Below, piece after piece: positions 9,806 through 19,595 of a stretch of DNA of 43,009 nt (its first letter is position 1; each line of letters starts with the position of its first letter). The position numbers and the translations under genes are program-made. The stretch comes from Nemertoderma westbladi (taxonomy: Eukaryota; Animalia; Xenacoelomorpha): NCBI GenBank assembly GCA_032718475.1, contig JAUCBJ010005425.1, forward strand, positions 1 through 43,009, given 5' to 3'. A model generated the notes under the pieces. The model searched no databases and had not been told where the DNA came from. It saw nothing but the letters and a program-made list of their open reading frames with translations.

Positions 9806-10371
9806 TGTGACGGGATCCGAGTTGGCTTAGGGTTCCTGACCGGGTAAATCTCTAGTTGTAGTTTCAGGTTCCCTACGCGTCGCCGCGCTTATAATAACTG
9901 AAAGCTGGTGTTGACGCCGGTGTAAAATAAAGGTGTTTGATCTTATTACTTGATGTTATTGAATCTCTGATATAGTTTGATTTAAGAATAATAATAACAA
10001 TAATTGATATAACAGTATAAATATAGTGGGTGATGGTGGAAAACTATGTAACTACTGCATCAACAAAATAGCCAACTGAACCAGTAGTCACATGATGACA
10101 GTATATATGTGGAAAATTAGGGGGAATCCGGGGAATGTATTACACAGCCCTAACACTTAACGCTGGCCAACCAATCGATACATCTTGACCAGCTGTGGCC
10201 CTCCCATTGGTCGGCATATTCCACTCCTATAATCACATGTCCCCTTTGCCCTGTGTTACCCCCTTTCCCATGAGATGGGTTATTAAACTATCTCCCCGGC
10301 TAACATTGCTTCCTACATGCGGTATGCAATATTGGCTACATACCTGAACTGATTCGTAAATCAGTCCACCT
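9806..10371 (-). repeat. 3' part of a third, more diverged LTR of the same BEL group
   Basis: Begins TGTGACGGGATCC on the + strand (exact reverse complement of the 4268-4280 terminus), shares the TACGCGTC motif, and has CCAAT and TATATA on the minus strand. Confidence 0.7.
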
Positions 10372-11604
10372 TGTGACAGGATCAAGGGATCCCGACCGGG
10401 TTGATTGTTCGTACGCGTCACCGCAGGCTAAGATGTTAGTTGTTTGTCCGAGGCTGTTAGAGAAAATTGGATTGAGTTGGTGTTGTTGTCCGACGGTCTG
10501 ATATAATAAAATTGAGTAACCGGTAATAGTGAAGTACAGCAGTAGTAAGTAGATAATGGCGACGGTGACGGTGGAACAATATCGCCCGTCTGCACTGAAA
10601 GCAATAACTGAATAACTGGACCGGTAACGGCATGCATTGATAATATATCTATAATTAATCCTATACTACTGTGGCCTCTTAACCTAGTGGATGCTTCCCT
10701 CGCCCCTATTGGCTAATAATCTACTTCACGCCTCTCCCCTCTCTGGGAGTGTTTCCCCCCTGCTGTTGGCCCCTGCTGGTTGTTTCCTCTCCCAAGGTGA
10801 TTTGACCTCTAACATCCCTTTGTGTGGCTTTGGGGTTTGTGTTCTCCCCAGTGTTGGTTGTGATATGAGATTGGTTATTGCCAATCTCGTATCTCCAACA
10901 TATTGCTGAAAAAGGTGCCACTTCCCATTTTATGAGGGTAATGCAGCGGAACTGAATCTGTTTACACTCCCCCCCATGCTATCTTCCTGGTGAGAAGATA
11001 GCATCACCCATAAGTGCGCTTCAATTCTGCTGGAACCCGATCTACTATCGGGTGTGGGGTGGAGTTCTTTTCTTGGAGTCGGCTTTCCAAGCCGCTCCCT
11101 CTGGTTATGATGTTACTACCCCTTCTTGGTGCAACCGCAACCTATGTTGACCAAGACATCTGACGTCTCTGTTTGAGACAATTGTGGACTCCTCACACAA
11201 TTTAGAAAACTCCTCTCACTCTAAGTTCACTCTAACTACACTTCAGCTCCACTCTAACTCCACTCTACTCTATCTTTCTCACTGCGCGTTCCCCACACCC
11301 GAACCGCACTCCTCTCACTTTCCCTCATCCTGGCGACACCTCCTCTCCATTCTTCCCCCCGATTCCCATTCTCGCTTTCATCCCTTGCACACTTATTGGG
11401 CCCCACAATGTGCGCACATGTTAGTGGGAGCCGTCTAAGTCCCGTCCTGTCGCCCTAGTCAATTAGTCCCCAGTCCCAGTAGCTAATTGGAAAAAGGTTG
11501 TACTTGACTACGGTACACACTGTATAATATATATACGAGTTATATCATAACAATTAATTATTATAATTATTTATTATATTATATGCTCGTCTACATGACG
11601 CGCC

Positions 11605-11646
<42 letters not shown>

Positions 11647-12661
11647 ACTCCCGGTCTCGCCCGTTTCATTCTTTCTCCGCCTGTCTCATTTGGCGACTTC
11701 TTCCAGTCGCTTCTTCTCATGTCTATCCGCTTCCAACTTCTCCCACCTCAGATATGGTGTATCCACCTCCCTGTCTACTAGATGCCGGTTGTTGTAGTAC
11801 ACCGACTCGTCCGTCAGCCCCGGGTGGTCTACCAGACCTCCGAAGGCCACCTTGAACCTTGAAGGCTCTTCTGTAGTTCGGGGGTGGTCCTGATATTCTT
11901 AATTTTATTTTGATTTTTGTTTTATCTGCATTTGCCCCTATTCTGTGCTATCATTTTGTACCTACCTCTCTACTTACTTCTTACTTACTACTTACCATGT
12001 ATCTCTCTTACTACTAACTCTATGAACTCTACTAACTTCACTAACTCTACTAACTCTAACTCTACTAAGTCTCTAATTCTACTAACTCTCTAACTCTACT
12101 AACTCCAACGGTACTATGTACCCTCGTACTACCCTCGTGGTATGTCTCTATACCACACTCCCTATTCCTCTAAATCCAACGGTACTATGTACCCTCTTAC
12201 TCTCGTGGTATGTCTCTATACCACACTCCCTGATCTCTAACTTCTAACTCTCACGGTACTATGTACCCTCTTATTCCCGTGGTATGTCTCTATACCACAC
12301 TCCCTGATTTCTAACTTCTAACTCTTACGGTACTATGTACCCTCTTACTCCCGTGGTATGTGTCTATACCACACTCCCTGATCTCGAACATCTAACTCTT
12401 ACTCTTACTAACTTCTATTAACTTTCTAACTATTACTAACTTCTGCTAACTTTCTAACTACTACTAACTTTCTAACTACAACTAACTTCTGCTAACTTTC
12501 TAGCTACTACTAACTTTCTAACTACTACTTAGTGCTATGTACTATCTACTACTATCACTTTCTGACTTTCTCCTTCCTAACTTTCTTTCTATTGTTTTAT
12601 TTTATTTTATTATTTTTTTATCATTTTTTATATTTTGTGTGGGAAGGGCGTTTCGCCCTCA
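10372..12661 (-). repeat. Putative long 3' LTR (or 3' UTR plus LTR) of the minus-strand BEL element
   Basis: PPT-like GAGGGGGGTGGGAT then TGAGGGCG at 12661 (-); homologous to 2583-4280; carries an extra ~0.5-kb segment. Confidence 0.6.
12107..12400 (-). repeat. Four ~74-bp tandem units, each with two hairpins
   Basis: Unit contains GGTAC-TAT-GTACC and GTGGTAT-GTCTCT-ATACCAC. Confidence 0.92.
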
Positions 12662-12760
12662 ATCCCACCCCCCTCAGTCCAACTCTTGAACGACTAAACT
12701 CTATGGTGCCCCTTCTAGCAGGCAGCACTTTCCTACAGCCCTCCCCTCCTGTAGGTCTTC

Positions 12761-14638
12761 CTATCCTTTCCGCACTTCCACTGATCGGACTCTTCCATCC
12801 TTGTCGGGGTAAGTGTCTACTACTCTCGCTAGCCTCCACTGATTGTTGATGATTGTGTCGTCAGTGACAATCACTAAATCACCTTTCTTTAACTCTCTAG
12901 TGGTATTTCTCCCCTTGCTCCTCCTGTGTAATGTGGGTAGATATTCCTCGACCCACCTCCTCCAATACTCTGCGCTTATCGCCTTGGCGACTTTCCAACT
13001 CTGTCGGGAGTGTATGTCATCTGGGTCTACACCCCGCAGGTCGATGGTCGCCAGCCTATCCATCAGAAAGTGGCTGGGTGTTAGCACGTCTAGTGATTCT
13101 GGGTCGTCATTTTCTGGATATAGCGATCTGCTATTGATGATACCCTCGCACTTAGCTAGCACCATCCTTAGTATATCCTCTGTCACCATGTGGGTGTTCA
13201 TCAACTTAGTCATCAGACGCTTGGAACTACCCACAAGTCTCTCGACGCATCCTAAAGTATGTGGCGCATACGGCGTCCTCCTTTCCCACTTCACCTGTCG
13301 TCTCCTCATGGCTGCCCTGACTTCCTCTCCCTCCAGGATGTCCAAGGCCTCCGCCAACTCGTTCTCCGCCCCCACAAAGTTGGTTCCATTATCGGAATAG
13401 ATCACTGCGATCGTTCCACCTTTGCGGTCTCTGAATCTCTCTAAGGCATTGATGAATGCCGATGCAGTAGCGTCTTGGGCGAGTTCTATTCCTACCACCC
13501 TCGTGTTGTTACATATGAAGATGATGCTGTAGCGTTTCTCCGTGTGTCGCATCACCTTGATCTTGATCGGCCCGAACATGTCTACGCCGCAGTGCGTGAA
13601 TGGCGGGTCGTGGTGTCTCACCCTACTAGCCAGTAATGGCGCCATCTCCTGTATGGCCCGCTCCTTTCTCGTCCGTCGGCAGGTCTGGCACTGCCCCACT
13701 ACCGCCTTCACCTTCTTTCTTAGCTGCGCGATCCAGAAGGTCCTCCGTATCTCCGTGAGGGTCTGGTTGGTGCCTCCGTGCAATATCGACTTGTGGGTGT
13801 CCCAAATGATCTGGTGGACTATCGGCGATCTGTAGGGGACTATAATGGGTTTTGGTGGGATGATAAGGCTGTTGTTGTTCAGCACTCTGGAATTCATCAC
13901 CACAATCCCGTCATCGTTGAGTTGTGGTGACAGTGTGATGAGCTCGCTGTCCCGACGAAGGTGTTGTTGTTTGCTGACCCGATCCACTTCGTCGCCATAG
14001 TTCTTTCTCTGTTCATACCGTATCACGGCCTTATCCGCTCCCTCCAGATCGATATTTGGTTTCCTCTTGGTCTCCTTACCAACTCCCTTGAGGAAATCCC
14101 CGTAGGCCCTCCAGTATGCTACCAACTTCTTGGTCTTGTACCAGCTAGAGCTGTAGCTGAGTAGCCTATCCGTCAGGTTTTCGCATGGCTCTTCTAATTT
14201 CGGTTGCACCTCCCTGACTTCCCTCGCCATCTGACTATATATCTCTTCACCTTCTGAATCTTCTCCCTCTTCCCTTGGTGCTACTTCCTCTGAAACCGGG
14301 TCCACCTTCTTCATTGGTGGCCAGGCCGATCTATCGTTCAGGAAGTGTGGCCCGTGCTGCCACAACACTTCCTTCTTTGAGAAAGTGTGGCATGCCACGC
14401 CCCTCGATAATAAGTCTGCTGGGTTCTCGTCCATTGGGCAGTAGTGCCACCTTTCCAAGTCTGTCGTCGCCCTTATTTCGTCCACCCTATTCGCGACGAA
14501 TATAGGGTATCTCGTCTTCTCGTTGTGCAGCCACCCGAGCACTACCATGGAGTCCGTCCAGTAGTGTGTTTCCACTATGTTGGGAATAGTGTCCATCAAG
14601 TAGGCTGTGGCCCTTACTCCTAATCTTGCAGCTGTCAA
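12761..14638 (-). pseudogene. BEL pol: end of RNase H region, integrase (HHCC zinc finger, DDE core, DUF5641-like C-terminal domain)
   Basis: WTDSMVVLGW, ENPADLLSRG, HKSILHGG...CQTC, GVDMFGP, YSDNGTNFVG, ERLV, LTPSHFL, WRRWVEEYLPTL; last codons (TYRR...GKCCLLE) are frameshifted. Confidence 0.95.
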
Positions 14639-14639
14639 C

Positions 14640-16303
14640 TCGAGTTTAGGGACTGACGCTGAATCTGGCGGCGTCGACTTTGCTTTACTGAATGCAAGTC
14701 TGGACTTATAAGCCCCCTTTCGCTGTACTAGATAGAGTGCCGCTCCTTATGCTTCCAATGATGCATCGGAGAACATGTGTAGGTCCAGATCCGTCATGTC
14801 CCCATCCGGGAAATACACGCGTGGCATGCTGTATGTCCCCATATGTTCTAAACTCCCCGTCCACTTGCTCCATTGCTTGCTAATTTCTTCCGGGACCTCT
14901 ATATCCCACTCGTCCTTTAACTAGTATACTTTCTTAAGTATCTGTTTCCCGGTGACTAACAATGGGGATGCTAGGCCTAAGGGATCGTATATCCTTGCTA
15001 TGTATGATACATAGCCCCTCTTTGTGTGGATGTCCGCACCCTCCTGGCTCAGTTGATACTTAAACTGGTCTGTCTCCCGGTTCCACACGATCCCCAGCGC
15101 CTTCTGCTGAGACTCCACTGTCTTGTTCGCCATGTCCTGTCCCTTGGCTGTTGTGGGGTTGTCCATGGTCGACTCTGGCCGCCTGTCCTCTATGGCTTTC
15201 ATAAACTCCTCTGAGCTGGATTGAATCTTGGTCAGGTTAAATCCGGATCCTTTCAGGATGTCGCGAACCTCACGCCCTGTGTCCAGTAATTCTTTAACCG
15301 TGTTTCCAGACTCCATTCCGTCGTCTACATAGAAGCCGCGTCGAATCATATCGATCGCTTTGGTGCTACACTTCCCCTCTACTGTATCTCTTACAGCCAC
15401 AGTCGTCGTGAATGAGGACAACTTGGCCCCCATATTCTGCACCACCATCTTGTACATCGGTATTGTTGACGGTTCCTCGTCGCCATTGTACCATAGGAAG
15501 CGCTGGCTGTCGCTGTCCTCCTCCGTCACACGGACTTGGTTGAACATGCCTTCGATGTTGCAAGTGAAGGCGTGTCTCCCATTTCTAAATCTCAATAAGA
15601 CCTCAATCCCCGAGTTGTAGATATTGGGGCCCTCCAGCAGATAGTCGTTTAGGCTTTTGCCATTGGTTTTAGCTGACGCGTCAACTACCATCCGTAGTTT
15701 ACCTTTCTTTGGATCTAAAGCCACATGAAGTGGCAGGTAGTAGGTCGTGTCCATGTTCGGTTCATCGACTGGCAACTCCACGGCCCATCCTTTCTCGACG
15801 TACTTCTTTATCATCTTATGGATGTACTCATTCTTCTCGGGGCTCCGTTTCAGCGTTTGCTTCAGTTTGCGAAGCCTCGTGAGTACCATCCTCTTGTTGT
15901 CAGGTAACGGTAACTTCGGCTGTTTCCACACCATACCTATGGTGTACCGTCCCTCCTCGCATCTCATCGTCTCCTTCACACTCTGTACCGCTTGTTTATC
16001 CTCTACCGAGGTTCTGACCCCAGTCTCTTTTAGTCCCTCAAAATCCTGTCCCAACAGTCTCTTCAGCTGCTCCTCCGCTCCTTCATCTTCCATCTCCCTA
16101 ATAGTTCCCACGAACATGCACCCCGATGTCTCCGACATCCTAAATGGAATCTTGGTTTTGATTGGGCCGCTCAGCATCCATCCGACTGGCGTGAGGATTG
16201 CCATCGGATCATGCTGTCTGTCTTCTCCGAAGATCGTCTGTATTCTCTTGTGGGCCGTCGGGCAATCCATTCCCACTATGATGGATACCTTCCTGAAGTC
16301 CAC
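14640..16303 (-). pseudogene. BEL pol: reverse transcriptase and Pao-type RNase H region
   Basis: YYLPLH, KLRMVVDASAK, SLNDYLLEGPN, LLRFR, FYVDDG, IYDPLGLASP; LHMFSDAS follows after a stop. Confidence 0.95.
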
Positions 16304-16484
16304 CTCCGGTATCGAGCATCTCGCACCGTCCCGTCCTCATCTCCAGGACCTCATCTTTGCAGGAGATGGTTGTTACCGCCATCCTACTTGGCCTCGTCTT
16401 TAGCCCTATCTCGTCGGCCACCCAATTCTCCACCAATGTGAAGGCTGCTCCGCTGTCAACCAGCATCAGCGTGTAACTGATCAA
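16209..16484 (-). pseudogene. BEL aspartic protease, partly deleted
   Basis: LMLVDSGAAFTLV catalytic D-S-G motif. Confidence 0.85.
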
Positions 16485-19400
16485 CCACCTTCCCCTGGCA
16501 CTACCCCGAGTAGTACCGTTCCCCTTTTCTTCGCCCCTATGGTGCTTGTCGCCATTGTTTGACCTTTGCCTTGACCGAATCTTACTGGTGTCTCCTTACA
16601 CTCTTCAACCTTGTGTCCTCCTATCACACATCGGTGACAAATTCCATTCTTATCTGCATAGGCTTTCCGATCTTGTTCGGGTAACGCCTGCCAATGCTTA
16701 CATTCCATGGTCTTATGGGTTCTGTCTTTATGCAATTGACATTTGTATTCTGGGTTGTAACGTTCCCTATATAACCCTACAGTATTGCGCGTAGGTTTAT
16801 GTCTTCCGGTTTAGTGTTTTGGTTATTTGAGTTTGGCCTACTGGGTGTGTTGGGATTATATTTGTTCGTGTTGTTATTTTGTCCCTGTTCATGCCACAGT
16901 CTGGCCCCACTTCCAGCTATCTGTGGACTTGCAGTCCCCTGTGTCGCCACGTATGGTAGGGTTTGTCTTAATTTTGGCAACGCATTTGCCGCGTTATGCT
17001 CCGGTTTCAGCCTGTTGTATTCGGCCCTCGGCGCCTTCCCCAGACTATCCTCGCTGTAGACTGGGTCCGTGATTAACTCTGCTTCGTAATTGAGGAAGTT
17101 TGACATTTCCTCTAGGCCCGGTTATGCACCTTTCTTCTCCCGGGTGGAGAAGGCGATCTTTCTCCATTTATTGTGCAGCCAGATTGGCAGTGCCTGTGCT
17201 ATTGTGGTGATATTATTAGATGCGTTGAGTTCGTATGGCACATCTAGCGTTTTCAGCATGTTTAACGCCTTTTCGACCTTGGTCGCGAAGGTCTTTATGT
17301 TAACAGGGTTATCCTGTAGGCCACCCGATGTTATACCACTTAAGGTCTGCTGGATGATCTTGGCAGGGTGTCCGTATTCCCTGTCTAGGGCCCGCTATGC
17401 AGTCGTGAAGCCACCCTCGATGCCCTGATACTGCCTCACGATGTTGTACGCTGGGCCTCCTGTGTATACCTGTAAATATTTTAGGCACTCTGCCTGCGTC
17501 AGGTTCTTAGTTAATATCTCGTTGCTGTACATGCACGGAATTGCAGGTATTATTCCGGTCTGCTTCCGTCAAATTTAAATGGCTCTACTGGTGGTAGCTT
17601 GATTGTGGTCTTGAGTGCATCGATAAGTGTTGCCATTCCCATTGCCTGTGCTTCCAATGGGTTCGAAGGATGCTGTACAGATTCTCCCGTTGGGTGCGGT
17701 CCGCCCGTCCGGCCTGTTGACTTTCTTTGCGTCGGGTATACCATTGGGGGTAACGGCCCCCTCCATATTTCCGTGTCGCAAGATCTGTTTTCGTCCAGGG
17801 GATTCGATGTTCTTATTCCTGTTTGAGTGTATTGTTGATATTATAATGGGGGAATGTCACCCTGCCCCCCCCCCCCCCCCCCCCACCGGTGCTATGTTTG
17901 GTACTGGGGTTGATGTTAATATATTGGGGCCCATACACCTATCCGTAATAACTCTCCCCTCCCCTGGATATATGTTATGTCCCTGCATATTATAGTCATA
18001 CTACTGTGCTGGTACCGGTATAGGCCTATCCACTTCTTGCCTACCTACCGGTATATACGCCGCGACTTCCGGATCTAATCCCGTTGTTCGCGCTACCCTA
18101 TCGCCTACACTATCTCTCCCAGCATGGCCTATAGTATGTGCAGTAAGGCCTACAGTATGTCCTGCAGTCTGTATATGTCCTTCCGGACCGAAGTATAACC
18201 TTCTCGAATAATCCAAGAAGTCCTCTCCACGACTACCGTACTCTCGATCGGCAGCTATATCCCTTCGGAAAGTTTCTCTTCGATCACCTCTGGGGCGCCC
18301 GTAGCCCCCCCCCCCCCCCCCCCCCCCCCCCCACTTGCCACTTCTTACTTCACTACCTCTTACTTCGCTTCTACACCCCTCTCTAGTCAACGCACTGTCT
18401 CTACTGCGGCTGGGTCTGTTCACCCCCGCCTCTCCCTGTGCAACTGCGTGGCCTGGCAGGCTCCCGTCAGGTTGACTCACCCCCGCTGCTCCCTGCCTAA
18501 CTACGTGGCCTTGCAGGCTCCCGTCGGGGTCTCTCTCACCCGCTACTCCCTGCATACTAACTACATGGCCTTGCAGGCTCTCGCTGGCCGGACCACCTGT
18601 GTCCCCTACATTAGTATTAATAGCACCGTTATCAATATTATTTTCTAAATTATTTAAATTATTTGAATTATGTTCTGAATTCGGATTGTTATTTAAATTT
18701 TTTTGTATATTTAGGTTGGAATCGGGAATATTTTGCTCGTTTGAATTAAAATTATTATTTAGATTATCCTGCGTATTTAAATTTAAATTATTTGAATTAC
18801 TTTGTATGTTCGAATCTAGATTATTATTTGAATTATTTTGTGTATTTAAATTCGGGTTATTTGAATTATTTTCTATATTTAAATTAGGATTATTCGGATT
18901 TAAATTATTATTATTACCGGGCAAAATATTATTTCCTGCAATAAAAGTTTGATTAGGGTTGTCTTACGGTTACACCAGTCTTGGGTCTGTCGTCCGTCCC
19001 TGTAAGTGGAGTATTAACAAACGTTTCCATCACTTCTGGCTCCTTGTAAATACTACCCGAGCCAGCCTCACTCTCAGATAATCCCAATTGCGCCAGTTCT
19101 AGTCGGCGCTTCTGTTTGGCCTGATATTGCATAAGCCCCCTTAACCGGGCATGCATATCATCCCGCATGCGCTTTCCCGCTCTCTCTCTCTCTCTCTATC
19201 CTCTCACAAACTCTGGTTCGCCAACTCTGTCTCTCTCGCCTCTCGCTCTTTACGCTCATTCGTTTCTCTCTCTGCCCTCGCTACCTCTCTCGCCTCTCGC
19301 TCTTTACGCTTGTTCTCTACTCTCGTCTCCCTCTTCTTGCACTCTTTACATTAATTGTCACCTTCGCCACTCACTGCTGCCACTGTCCCCACATGCTAAC

Positions 19401-19500
19401 CCCTGCTAGCCCCTTTGTCCCTCTGAGATGGTTTGACCTCTCAACTTTCTTTGTGGCTGGCAATGTGTATCGCCTAAGTTGGTTATGAGGTAACATTATT
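16481..19500 (-). pseudogene. BEL gag, fragmented: charged N-terminus, Asn-rich tract, capsid-like region, zinc knuckles
   Basis: CHRCVIGGHKVEEC knuckle; homology to 200-1730; ORF pieces 16777-17106, 17550-17744, 18001-18924, 18953-19168. Confidence 0.85.
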
Positions 19501-19595
19501 ATTGGTAATGTCACCTTCCCAACTATAATTGGTAAAATGCCACTACGCCCATTTTCCGCTGGGTAGTGCAGGGAATTGAATCCGCTTACAAATTT

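Larger units (their letters stand above)
10372..19540 (-). mobile_element. BEL/Pao LTR retrotransposon, near full-length coding region but inactivated; 5' LTR not found
   Basis: Domain order gag-PR-RT-RH-IN; terminus TGTGACAGGATC at 10372 on +; several stops and frameshifts; the 5' boundary is approximate. Confidence 0.95.

Noticed and set aside
12107-12400. Hammerhead ribozyme in the tandem double-hairpin units
   Set aside because: No CUGANGA and GAAA cores in the required arrangement on either strand.
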